Notes under the pieces: generated by a model | Database searches by the model: none | The model's input: the letters and a program-made list of their open reading frames with translations, nothing else | What the model was told of the DNA's origin: nothing | Origin: a virus | Reading direction: 5' to 3' (one strand) | DNA: 64,000 nt | IMG/VR virus record: IMGVR_UViG_3300042549_009011 | Span: 64,001-128,000 of that record | Made by a program: the position numbers and the translations under genes | Part shown: piece after piece, positions 29,886 to 39,071 of the stretch | Numbering within the stretch: the first letter of the stretch is position 1 | Layout: every line of letters starts with the position of its first letter

Positions 29886-30078
29886 TAACAAAAAAGAAAA
29901 TGATTGGTCAAAGCGCGAAATTGGTGCTTTGTGGAAAAAAGAAAATGCTTCTCAAAGCTTCTACACTGGAAAGGTAACAGTTAAAGGTCAAGAACTAGAG
30001 ATTATCTGCTTTGCTAATAAGCATAAAACAGAAAGTAAGCATCCAGATATTAGAATCTATATTTCAGAACCAAAATAA
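29875..30078 (+). CDS. DUF736-like small protein
   Basis: EIGALWKK...YTGK...FANK...KHPDIRIY; ATG 29875 preferred. Confidence 0.65.
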   Translation: MSDNNKKENDWSKREIGALWKKENASQSFYTGKVTVKGQELEIICFANKHKTESKHPDIRIYISEPK

Positions 30079-30263
30079 TGACCCAAGAAAAAGAAGAATT
30101 AATTAAAACAAAGCTTATTCAAAAAATTCTTGAAGATGCAACTTTTGCTGATATCGTGAAAATTCTTCACGAATTAGCTAAAAGAGAAGCAGAAGAGGTT
30201 CTTTCTGAATTAAAAGACGAAGAAAAAGAAGGGCTTTATAAAGAACTCTTTGATAAAGAATAA
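30078..30263 (+). CDS. Hypothetical acidic helical protein
   Basis: Coupled ORF (TAATG overlap). Confidence 0.6.
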   Translation: MTQEKEELIKTKLIQKILEDATFADIVKILHELAKREAEEVLSELKDEEKEGLYKELFDKE

Positions 30264-30289
30264 AATAAGCATTATTACTTAATCAAAAT

Positions 30290-30325
30290 AGCCCTCAACG
30301 TAACAAAAATGCGTTGAGGGCTTTT
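30290..30325 (+). terminator. Intrinsic terminator
   Basis: AGCCCTCAACGT...GCGTTGAGGGCT followed by T tract. Confidence 0.8.
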
Positions 30326-30339
30326 AATTTAAAAATTAT

Positions 30340-31092
30340 ATGAAATTTACTTGGGATACCAATAAAGAATCTGCCGCCGTTAAAATGAAATCTGAAGGTT
30401 TTACTTATTCGAAAATAGCGGAGATACTCGACACAACTGAAGTAAGCGTTAAGCATAAAATCAGGAGAATAAATCAGAGTAAAAATCAGGATAAGTATAA
30501 ACACACGAAAGAAAAATCAGAGCAAATAGATAAATTTGTTTCTGGTAAAAATAAGAAAATACTAGAAACACACGCTGGTTTTGGCAGCCTTACAGAAAAG
30601 TATAGTTTATTTGGCAATGTTTATTCTATAGAAATGGTTCAGGAAAGGGTTGATTTTGTCAATTCAAAGAAATTAAAAAATGTTGAATGCACCAAAGGAG
30701 ATTCTGAAAAAGAGATTCTTTCTTTATTATATAATAATAAAAAATTTGATGTGATTGATGTAGACCCCTATGGATTTCCTTCTAGGTATTTTCCAACTGT
30801 TTTTGGTCTTATAGATGATGGTGTTCTTTTTTTAACCTTTCCAGTGATGGGTGTTGCCCAAATAAACAAGATAACTATAGAACATTACAGAGTATTTTGG
30901 GACATAAATCTTTCTGACAAGGACTGCTATACAGATAAAATAGTTAAAAAGTTAAAAGACTATGCTTTTATGCAAAAAAGATCAATAGAAGTGTTGGAAA
31001 TCAAAAAAATAGATAGGATCTATAGGTTTGCGATAAAAGTAAAACAAGAATCTTTATTAAAAATTGTTGGCTTAGAAGTAAATAAAAAATAG
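30340..31092 (+). CDS. HTH-fused SAM-dependent methyltransferase
   Basis: N-terminal TYSKIAEILDTTEVSVKHK HTH; ILETHAGFG motif I; FDVIDVDPYG motif. Confidence 0.7.
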   Translation: MKFTWDTNKESAAVKMKSEGFTYSKIAEILDTTEVSVKHKIRRINQSKNQDKYKHTKEKSEQIDKFVSGKNKKILETHAGFGSLTEKYSLFGNVYSIEMVQERVDFVNSKKLKNVECTKGDSEKEILSLLYNNKKFDVIDVDPYGFPSRYFPTVFGLIDDGVLFLTFPVMGVAQINKITIEHYRVFWDINLSDKDCYTDKIVKKLKDYAFMQKRSIEVLEIKKIDRIYRFAIKVKQESLLKIVGLEVNKK

Positions 31093-31121
31093 TTTTTTTT
31101 AAAAATGGTGTAATTACCAAT

Positions 31122-31319
31122 ATGGAAACATTAAATTTAATTCTTGAATTTCTTAAAAATGAATCATCTCTTCCTATCATTGCTGGAGTTATTGCGACCT
31201 TTTCAGCAATTGCAGCCGTAACACCTACGCCAAAAGAGGGAACTAAATTAGCCGTTATCTACAAAATTGTAGATTTTCTAGCTTTGAATATTTTTAAAGC
31301 AAAAGATAAAGGTAAATAA
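31122..31319 (+). CDS. Holin-like small membrane protein
   Basis: Hydrophobic segment, TPTPK turn, LALNIFKAK end; own GTGTAA motif and terminator. Confidence 0.5.
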   Translation: METLNLILEFLKNESSLPIIAGVIATFSAIAAVTPTPKEGTKLAVIYKIVDFLALNIFKAKDKGK

Positions 31320-31332
31320 TCAATAAAAAAAT

Positions 31333-31365
31333 AAAAAGCCGCTCCTTAACTGGGGCGGCTTTTTT
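31333..31365 (+). terminator. Intrinsic terminator
   Basis: AAAAAGCCGCTCC-TTAACT-GGGGCGGCTTTTTT. Confidence 0.85.
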
Positions 31366-31388
31366 GTGTTTCGGTGTAAACAAGTTAA

Positions 31389-31736
31389 ATGCCAGCGCAA
31401 ACTTTAAATTTAAATATTGAAAAAGGTGTAGATTTTTCTGCTTCTTTTGTTTTACAGCGATCTGGTGGACAATATGTAGATTTATCAGATACAGGAATTT
31501 GTGTTAAAGCTGAGATAGTTGAATTCTACGGTCTTGCACCAATTACTGGTTTTACAATACAAGAAAATTTGCCAAGTGGAGTTACGTTGTCATTAAACGA
31601 ACAAGGCTCTTCTATTTTACCATTCGATAAAAGTTATTATGATATTGTTTTAAATACAAGCGGTAATACCGAAAGATTTTTTATGGGAGAAATCGCTTTA
31701 TCTCAAAATGCTACAATCAATACATCATGTATGTGA
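31389..31736 (+). CDS. Putative virion structural protein (tail/baseplate-associated)
   Basis: NLNIEKGVDF...YYDIVL...RFFMG pattern seen in phage tail accessory proteins; GTGTAA upstream. Confidence 0.5.
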   Translation: MPAQTLNLNIEKGVDFSASFVLQRSGGQYVDLSDTGICVKAEIVEFYGLAPITGFTIQENLPSGVTLSLNEQGSSILPFDKSYYDIVLNTSGNTERFFMGEIALSQNATINTSCM

Positions 31737-31834
31737 AAGCTGTATTAAAAACTGTTATAGATTTTTTTAACTTTAAAATACAACAACTGGGTAATAGTAT
31801 ATTATAACTAGAGCAGCAAATATTTTTATTTTTC

Positions 31835-32830
31835 ATGATTCCATTTAACTATAGAAAGTTCAATTATAAAGGCATTTCATTCCCAAGTGAAACACCCTTT
31901 TTCCCAACTGTTATTTCAGTTGGTGATGATGATGCAGTGGTCAGCTTCAACCAAGGTTATGTTTTTAATTTTAACGATATTGGTTTAGAAACAGGCGATG
32001 AAATTTTACCTATAAAGGTAATTGGAATGGATGAACTAAAAACTGTTGTTAAAGGTGATAAATTCTATGTAAAATTAACTATTGAAAAAAAAAGCACACC
32101 CAATAGTTCTAATGAAGAAATTAATATAGTTGTAACAGCAGAACTATTTAAAACGAATGCCAATTTAACAAAAGTAGAAAATATTGTATATATAAAAGTT
32201 TGCGAATTTGGGGATCAAGGTGAAATAATAGACATTTATTTAAGAGAAAATATATATTGGAACATTAATAAATCAGAAAGATTAATTCATTGTTGGCGTG
32301 TCACACAGACACCAAATAAAGATGGATTTTTTGATATTTCAGGAGGAGTTGTTTATGGTAAAGGTGGCTTTATTGATGTGCCAAATGACGAACAACGTCA
32401 AGTTGCTGATAATCATTTTATTTATTTGAAAATAAACACAAGTGGTTTAGGTGATATTGCTTCTGTACAAATTCAGAGTGGCGCTACAATACCAGCAAAC
32501 ACTTCTACAGAGATATATAGAGAAATAGCTAAAATATCGCCAAATGGAGAAGAGATACTGCAACTTGCTTTTGAGCCGATAAGATTAAATGATGGAGACA
32601 CTTTTATTGTACAAATTTTACCAAGCGTAATTTCCGCTTACGGAGATTCGTATTATTATTATTCAATGCCAATTGAGATAATAGTAACAAACGGAGAACC
32701 AACAGCCACATTTTACGTGCAAAGAGGTCTTTGGCATACAACTCAACCAGTTGGTTTCCCAGAAGGTGCGCCAATATATCAAGTTACATACAATATGCCA
32801 ACAGTTCCAGTAGAAGAACCACCACCATAA
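31835..32830 (+). CDS. Hypothetical, probably structural protein with internal domain duplication
   Basis: Two similar halves (FYVKL...VYIKVCEF / FIYLKI...IYREIAKI). Confidence 0.5.
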   Translation: MIPFNYRKFNYKGISFPSETPFFPTVISVGDDDAVVSFNQGYVFNFNDIGLETGDEILPIKVIGMDELKTVVKGDKFYVKLTIEKKSTPNSSNEEINIVVTAELFKTNANLTKVENIVYIKVCEFGDQGEIIDIYLRENIYWNINKSERLIHCWRVTQTPNKDGFFDISGGVVYGKGGFIDVPNDEQRQVADNHFIYLKINTSGLGDIASVQIQSGATIPANTSTEIYREIAKISPNGEEILQLAFEPIRLNDGDTFIVQILPSVISAYGDSYYYYSMPIEIIVTNGEPTATFYVQRGLWHTTQPVGFPEGAPIYQVTYNMPTVPVEEPPP

Positions 32831-32831
32831 A

Positions 32832-34079
32832 ATGTTATTTATAACCACGGCTTCTGGAGAAAAACATAGAAAAATGGCAGAAGATTTAAAAAAATCTTTT
32901 GAAAAATATAATTGGTCAAAATTAATTGTAGTTACAGATCTTACCCATCCAGAAAAAGATGATTTGCAAAAAGGCAGAGGATTAAAAACAAGATTTGCTG
33001 ATTTTATACCAGAAGATTATGTTGGTGCAGTTGCGTTTTTAGATTGCGATTGTATAGTCACTGGAGAATATAAAGAAATAAAATTAGAGGAAAATACAAT
33101 ACACGGAGTTATATCTCGCAAGTATATGGGTGCAGATAAAGAAATTCACCATCTTCTATGCTCTTGCTTTATCGCTTTTCCATCTGTAGAAATGGCGAAA
33201 GATGTATGCCAAAAATGGTATGAAAAATTAAAATTGGTAAAAAATATTCAAACAGACGAAATCTGTTTGCTCTTTGCCACAAAAGGCATGAAGGCAAAAA
33301 GAATTGGCACATCAATTAATCCAATTGAAAACTTAACTCATTTCTTCTCAACCAAAAAGGGAGATAGGACTAAAAATATAGAACAAGAAATTACACAACC
33401 AAAGAAAAAATTTGCAGCAACAGCGTTAATTTTAAATTGGAAAAGAAAAGAAAATTTAATAAAAACAATACAATCTATAAAATCCCAAGATGTTCCTATT
33501 GAAATATTTCTTTGGAACAATAATAAAAACGACAATCATAATTATGATGTTGATCTAAAGATAGATTCTTCCGAAAACTTAATGTGCATGCCTAGATGGT
33601 TTCTAAGTCAATTCGCTTCATCAGATTATGTTTTTTCAATAGATGATGACAAACTTTTATCTAAAACATCCACAATTAAAGAATGCATAGATTTTGTGCA
33701 AAAAGAAAATAGCACAATATGTTATGCTGGTGTTTGTTTGCCAGAAAATAAAGATCACTTAGGAAAAAATGATTACTTTAGATTAAAGCACGTAAAAACA
33801 AATCCTAATTTAAATCAAAAAGTAGATATCTTAAAAGGATCTTTTATCTTTTCTACAAAACAAAAAATCATCGACTCAATAACTGGTATAAATATTGATA
33901 TAGAAAATCCTAAAATAGAAGACGATATTTTAATTTCTTCTAAAATTGAAGGCGAAAAAATATGTCCATCATTTTTGCATGGCTGCATTAAAGAACTTCC
34001 AGAGGGAAGAGAATCTTTAACATTGCAACATGGTCATGCTCAACAAAGAGCAGATGCAGTAAACGAATATTTCTATTAG
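32832..34079 (+). CDS. Two-domain GT-A glycosyltransferase fusion
   Basis: FLDCDC in N-half; LILNWKR...SIDDD...EDDILIS in C-half. Confidence 0.75.
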   Translation: MLFITTASGEKHRKMAEDLKKSFEKYNWSKLIVVTDLTHPEKDDLQKGRGLKTRFADFIPEDYVGAVAFLDCDCIVTGEYKEIKLEENTIHGVISRKYMGADKEIHHLLCSCFIAFPSVEMAKDVCQKWYEKLKLVKNIQTDEICLLFATKGMKAKRIGTSINPIENLTHFFSTKKGDRTKNIEQEITQPKKKFAATALILNWKRKENLIKTIQSIKSQDVPIEIFLWNNNKNDNHNYDVDLKIDSSENLMCMPRWFLSQFASSDYVFSIDDDKLLSKTSTIKECIDFVQKENSTICYAGVCLPENKDHLGKNDYFRLKHVKTNPNLNQKVDILKGSFIFSTKQKIIDSITGINIDIENPKIEDDILISSKIEGEKICPSFLHGCIKELPEGRESLTLQHGHAQQRADAVNEYFY

Positions 34080-34324
34080 ACTTTTCTTATTGTAAGAACA
34101 ACAACATACTCATTGCCATTTTTCAAATATTTTGGCGAAACCATAACCCAACCTGCTGGGATGCTTCTTGAAGCCTTATTCATTGCATCTTCATAAGAAA
34201 TCCAACTTCTTCCAGCACAAGTCATTGTCCAAACAGACTCTCTTGTTTGAGCCTGTAAGACAACACAATTAATTGGAGACAAAAAGCCCAAAACGCAAGC
34301 AGCAAGTATAGCTAATTTTTTCAT
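34076..34324 (-). CDS. Small exported/membrane protein
   Basis: Signal-peptide-like MKKLAILAACVLGF; ATG 7 nt after TTGACT-17-TAATCT. Confidence 0.6.
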   Translation of the reverse strand: MKKLAILAACVLGFLSPINCVVLQAQTRESVWTMTCAGRSWISYEDAMNKASRSIPAGWVMVSPKYLKNGNEYVVVLTIRKV

Positions 34325-34514
34325 GAGATTTAGATTAATTTAAATTTTAAAAAAAGTCAAGTCAAAAATAACTCTTTTTATAACGCTTCTTACGTAAATT
34401 TTCAATTAATTTATCTCTTTCTGTTGGAGAGAGTTTTCTACGTTTCTTTTTAAAACGGGACAAGAAAGACTGAAATATTTTTATTATCCATTTCATTTTA
34501 TAAAAAAAATGATA

Positions 34515-35267
34515 CTATTTACGATAATTTACGCATCCAAAGTGCATCCAATCGTAATCTCTTTCTGGTCCTAAGCCAGTCATTCCATGAGAATATACAA
34601 TATCCCAAAATGCTTTGTATTCACTTTTAGCTAATAAAGCTTCAGATTTATTCCATTTAAGTTGGTTATTCTCTGGATCTATGTCAATGACACAACCCCA
34701 AGAGTGATGCGACCATTCAGAACCTCCACGCATTTTTCTAACGTTTAAGCAGCCGCCAAATTTATTCAAACCTAATCTCTCTATTTCTTTTATTCCATAA
34801 TGTTTTAATAAATCTTGGAAAAAAGATTTAAAAGTATCTGCACATTTTTTGTGGCAAGTTATTTTATTGACAGTTTTTTTAGTATCCCAAGCTAACACCA
34901 TTGGATAAGGCAAATCTATACTTACTTGATTTTCTCCTATTTCTCCATAAAAATTTAACATAGAAGAATTACTAGCTTTGGGGAAGCTTTTATTTTTCGA
35001 ATGATCAGAAACTTCCACTGGTTTATTCGCGACAAATACACTATCTAAAATAGCAGCCCAAGTTTTCGAACCATCTACACCATCATCAGAAAGTCCCAAT
35101 ATTTTTTGAATATTTTTTATTGACTGCTTTACAGGCAAACCATCAACATTAATTCCTAAATGATTTGCTATAGCACTCCAAGTTTTCTCTCCAGCGACAC
35201 CATCTGTTTTTAGATTAAAAAATTTTTGCACAGTTTTAATTTTTTGCTCTTTGTCTGGAAAGTTCAT
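34515..35267 (-). CDS. Endolysin: two peptidoglycan-binding repeats plus M15 peptidase
   Basis: VQKFF...DGVAGEKTW and IQKIL...DGVDGSKTW; SHHSWGCVID and DWMHF; start at ATG 35267. Confidence 0.88.
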   Translation of the reverse strand: MNFPDKEQKIKTVQKFFNLKTDGVAGEKTWSAIANHLGINVDGLPVKQSIKNIQKILGLSDDGVDGSKTWAAILDSVFVANKPVEVSDHSKNKSFPKASNSSMLNFYGEIGENQVSIDLPYPMVLAWDTKKTVNKITCHKKCADTFKSFFQDLLKHYGIKEIERLGLNKFGGCLNVRKMRGGSEWSHHSWGCVIDIDPENNQLKWNKSEALLAKSEYKAFWDIVYSHGMTGLGPERDYDWMHFGCVNYRK

Positions 35268-35275
35268 GGCAATCT

Positions 35276-35293
35276 TTACACTTTTATGTGTAA
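35276..35293. promoter_or_regulatory. Back-to-back GTGTAA motifs (candidate phage late promoters)
   Basis: TTACAC-TTTTAT-GTGTAA inverted repeat, 8 nt from endolysin ATG and 9 nt from ATG 35303. Confidence 0.7.
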
Positions 35294-35302
35294 AGAAGGA
35301 AT

Positions 35303-35644
35303 ATGTCTCCAAGAGTATTGCAGCAAAAAATTCATTCAACATTTTCCACAAGTGAAATGGTTTTTGAATCTTTTCGCACACAAATAATCACTTTTTATAA
35401 TGGAGCAATTAGCAAAGCCGATTTTAACGACCATCTTTTACGAGAGTTTAACAAAAAAGTAAGAGATTTGGGGCTTTCTTCAACTTTATACTTTACGCCT
35501 TTTGATGGTGGACTTAGATTTATTGGCTCTGATTTAGGCGTTCAACCTAGCAATGGTTTTATATTTGTTTTCGCTAATTCAGAACAAGTTCTCACAAACG
35601 AGGGGGATTCTATAGAAATTCCTGAACAATATGCAAACGATTAA
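35303..35644 (+). CDS. Hypothetical protein heading LRR operon
   Basis: ORF with GTGTAA motif upstream. Confidence 0.6.
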   Translation: MSPRVLQQKIHSTFSTSEMVFESFRTQIITFYNGAISKADFNDHLLREFNKKVRDLGLSSTLYFTPFDGGLRFIGSDLGVQPSNGFIFVFANSEQVLTNEGDSIEIPEQYAND

Positions 35645-35646
35645 TT

Positions 35647-36231
35647 ATGAGCCTTACTACTTCTGTTCCTGTTTCTAATTTTTTAAAGTCAACTGGTTTA
35701 GCTGATTTAAAAACAAATTTGGGTTCTGCTGCTTCTACTGGCATATCAAATCCAGAATATAATGTTAATCAAAATTTAACTATATTAAGTGTTGGAGGAT
35801 ATTACGATGATGTTTATAATATTACTGAGATTTATTCAAGCCAATTTAGTAGCTCTTCAGCGACAGACTTGTCTATAGGAAATGCGGTAACTACTATCGG
35901 ATCTAGCGCTTTTAGCTACTGTACTGCGATTACTGGGTCTTTAATTATACCTGATTCAGTCACTTCTATTGGTAGTAGTGCGTTTCAAGGATGTACAGGT
36001 TTTAACGGAACATTAAATATTGGCAAGTCAATTAATCTTATTGATACTTTTGCATTCAATAATTGTTCAAATTTAACTGGCGTTAATATTTTTGCATTGA
36101 CAGCTCCGACTATTGGAAGTAGCGCTTTTTATGGAATGACAGCAGTATCTCCAACAGAAATTCATGTTCCAACCGCAGCAACTGGATATGCTACAGGTTA
36201 CGACGGACTAACCGTAGTTTACGACCTATAA
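35647..36231 (+). CDS. BspA-type leucine-rich repeat protein (short)
   Basis: IPDSVTSIGSSAF.GC repeats. Confidence 0.9.
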   Translation: MSLTTSVPVSNFLKSTGLADLKTNLGSAASTGISNPEYNVNQNLTILSVGGYYDDVYNITEIYSSQFSSSSATDLSIGNAVTTIGSSAFSYCTAITGSLIIPDSVTSIGSSAFQGCTGFNGTLNIGKSINLIDTFAFNNCSNLTGVNIFALTAPTIGSSAFYGMTAVSPTEIHVPTAATGYATGYDGLTVVYDL

Positions 36232-36270
36232 AAGCCTTGAATTACTTAAATTTTTTTATATAATCCGAAT

Positions 36271-37065
36271 ATGAAAAAAATACATTTTGTCTCTGGTCTT
36301 CCTCGCGCTTGTTCGACTCTACTTTGCAATCTTCTTGCACAAAATCCTCGCGTCCACGCAACAGCTACTTCTCCACTTCACGAAATTGGATATATCGCTC
36401 GAAAAGTTTTTCAGACAGAAGAAGTCAAATCAATGAATCCTCTTGAAGCAGAAAAGCTTTACTACAATTATGTAAGAGGAGGTTGCGGTCACGCCTTTGA
36501 CGAAATTACAGATCGTCCTGTAGTTATTGACAAATGCCGCTCTTGGATTGGTCATCTAGATCAAACATTTAAAGTTTTCCCAGACGCTAAAATTCTTGTT
36601 CCTGTCAGAGACGTTAGAGGCATTTTAAGTAGCATGGAGAAAAAACGTCAGCAACATCCCGCTCCTTTTAATGGCTTTGAAGAAGCTAACCCAACAAACT
36701 TCACAACAATTGAAAAAAGAGTAAATGGCTGGTTGCAAAACCCCCCAATTGGTATCGCAGTTGAAAGACTTCACGAAGCCACAAAACGCTTTAAAGATAA
36801 ACTTCATTTTGTTCATGCAGAAGATCTTACAGAAAACCCAAAAGATACTATGAAAAAAGTATGGGACTTTCTTGGAGAAGAACAATTCGAACATGATTTT
36901 AACAATATAAAACAATATACTCATGAGCATGAAGTTGGCTTTCCTTATGGTGACCATTCTATTCGTTCTAGTGTAAAACCTCTTGAGAAAGATTGGAATG
37001 AATATCTCGGACGCGATCTTTCCGAAATTATAAAACAAAAATTCGATTGGATTAACAAACTATAA
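36271..37065 (+). CDS. Sulfotransferase family protein
   Basis: PAPS-binding-like SGLPRACSTLL, IDKCRSW, VRDVR.ILSS, EDL..NP; own sigma70 promoter TTGAAT-16-TATAAT. Confidence 0.85.
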   Translation: MKKIHFVSGLPRACSTLLCNLLAQNPRVHATATSPLHEIGYIARKVFQTEEVKSMNPLEAEKLYYNYVRGGCGHAFDEITDRPVVIDKCRSWIGHLDQTFKVFPDAKILVPVRDVRGILSSMEKKRQQHPAPFNGFEEANPTNFTTIEKRVNGWLQNPPIGIAVERLHEATKRFKDKLHFVHAEDLTENPKDTMKKVWDFLGEEQFEHDFNNIKQYTHEHEVGFPYGDHSIRSSVKPLEKDWNEYLGRDLSEIIKQKFDWINKL

Positions 37066-38600
37066 TGGCTTACTTCAGACCCACACAACCAGTAATTGAT
37101 TTTCTTATTTCAAATGATGAAATGGAGATCAAAGAGCTTGTCGATGGGATTTCTTCAGAAGATTTGACAAGCACAACGGCAAGACCGCTTGCATATAAAA
37201 CAATATATGGCGATGATCAATATAAAATGCACATATTAAACATAGTTGGATCTATAGCTCAGTATGCTGTGCCATCTACTGCTAGATCAATAAGCATAGG
37301 AAATGGTGTTACGAGTATTGGCGATTACGCATTTCAGAATTTTTCTAGTCTTGTTGGTTTTTTGGCTATTCCAGATTCAATTACTTCAATTGGCGATCAA
37401 GCATTTTTTAATTGTTATAATCTTACTGGCTCTTTGACTATTCCTAGTTCAATTACTTCAATTGGCAGTTATGCATTTTATGCTTGTTCTGCTCTTACTG
37501 GATCTTTAAATTTTCCTTCTTCAATCACTTCGATTGGGGATCGTACATTTTTTAATTGCTCCAGCTTAAATGGAACTTTAACAATTACCAATTCGATCAC
37601 TACGATTGGTGTTGCTGCATTTAGTGGTTGTTCAAGTTTAACTGGTACTTTGACGATTCCTTCTTCAGTCACTACGATTGGTAGTAGTGCATTTGCTGCT
37701 TGCTCCAACTTAAATGGAACTTTAACGATTCCAAATTCGTTAACTTCGATTGCGAATTACACATTTGCTGCTTGCTCCAACTTAAATGGAACTTTAACGA
37801 TTCCATCTTCGGTAATTTCGATTGGCAATGGCGCATTTCAAGCTTGTTCTGGTTTTACAGGTTCTTTAACAATCCCATCTTCTGTTACTTCGATTGGTAA
37901 TAGTGCATTTCAGAATTGTACTGGATTTACTGGAAGTTTGACTATTCCATCTTCAGTCACTTCGATTAGTAGTAGTACATTTTCTAATTGCTCCAGCTTA
38001 AATGGAACTTTAACCATTCCTTCTTCAGTTACTTCGATTGGTAGTAGTGCATTTAGTGGTTGTTCAAGTTTAACTGGAACTTTAACCATACCTAGTTCTG
38101 TTACTACGATTGGTAGTAGTGCATTTAGTGGTTGTTTTGGCTTTACTGGAACCTTGACTATACCTAGTTCTATTACTACGATTAATGGAGCCGTATTTAA
38201 TACTTGCTCTGGATTCACTGGAACTTTAACCATACCTAATTCTGTTACTACGATTGGTAGTAGTGCATTTCAGAGTTGCACTGGTTTTACAGGAAGTTTA
38301 ACCATCCCTTCTTCAGTCACCACAATTAGCAATAGCGCATTTCAGGGCTGCTCTGGATTTACAGGAACTTTAACGATTCCAAATTCGGTTTCATCCACGG
38401 GTACATCTATGTTCAGAAGCTGTTCGGGCATTACAAATGTTAATTGCTACATCACAAAAACATTATTGGACAAAACTAACAATCTATTATCGACATCAGT
38501 TACAACAATTCACGCTCGTTCATCAGATGCTACATGGACTGCTGGCTCTGGGCAAACTATCGGAGGAAAAACAGGAATAACAGTCATCAAAGATTTATAA
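37065..38600 (+). CDS. BspA-type leucine-rich repeat protein
   Basis: About 16 tandem 24-aa repeats GTLTIPSSVTSIGSSAF.GC. Confidence 0.92.
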   Translation: MAYFRPTQPVIDFLISNDEMEIKELVDGISSEDLTSTTARPLAYKTIYGDDQYKMHILNIVGSIAQYAVPSTARSISIGNGVTSIGDYAFQNFSSLVGFLAIPDSITSIGDQAFFNCYNLTGSLTIPSSITSIGSYAFYACSALTGSLNFPSSITSIGDRTFFNCSSLNGTLTITNSITTIGVAAFSGCSSLTGTLTIPSSVTTIGSSAFAACSNLNGTLTIPNSLTSIANYTFAACSNLNGTLTIPSSVISIGNGAFQACSGFTGSLTIPSSVTSIGNSAFQNCTGFTGSLTIPSSVTSISSSTFSNCSSLNGTLTIPSSVTSIGSSAFSGCSSLTGTLTIPSSVTTIGSSAFSGCFGFTGTLTIPSSITTINGAVFNTCSGFTGTLTIPNSVTTIGSSAFQSCTGFTGSLTIPSSVTTISNSAFQGCSGFTGTLTIPNSVSSTGTSMFRSCSGITNVNCYITKTLLDKTNNLLSTSVTTIHARSSDATWTAGSGQTIGGKTGITVIKDL

Positions 38601-38616
38601 AAAATATTAAAAAAAA

Positions 38617-39060
38617 ATGAAATACGCAATACTAGGACCTAAAAAAGCAGTTCTTCGAATTTCTGAAACAGAACCACAATCTCTTAGTGAAAATGTTTCT
38701 TTTCAAGAAGTGACAAACAAAATCGCAGAATTAGTTATCGCTGGACAAAAGCCAGAAACGAGACAACTATATTTTTTAATTGATGGAGTATTAAAAACCC
38801 AAAAAGAATATATAGAATCAATTCGCCCCAAAATTCCGCGCAAACAAACAAAATTACAGATAATGTTGAGATTGCAAGAAATGAATAAATGGACGACATT
38901 TAAAACAATTTTATCAACTCTCCCAGAAATTGTTCAAGACGCTTGGGAATTGTCTCAATATATTGATGAATCAGATCCTTTATTTTCTTCTAACAAAACC
39001 GCTTTATTAACTGCATTAAATATTACAGAAGAACAATTAAGTTCTCTTTTTGACAAATAA
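38617..39060 (+). CDS. Hypothetical protein, possible fibre assembly chaperone
   Basis: Lies between LRR genes; AWE...DPL...L.IT.EQL..LF C-terminus resembles phage tail-fibre partner proteins. Confidence 0.45.
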   Translation: MKYAILGPKKAVLRISETEPQSLSENVSFQEVTNKIAELVIAGQKPETRQLYFLIDGVLKTQKEYIESIRPKIPRKQTKLQIMLRLQEMNKWTTFKTILSTLPEIVQDAWELSQYIDESDPLFSSNKTALLTALNITEEQLSSLFDK

Positions 39061-39071
39061 TTATACACAAT

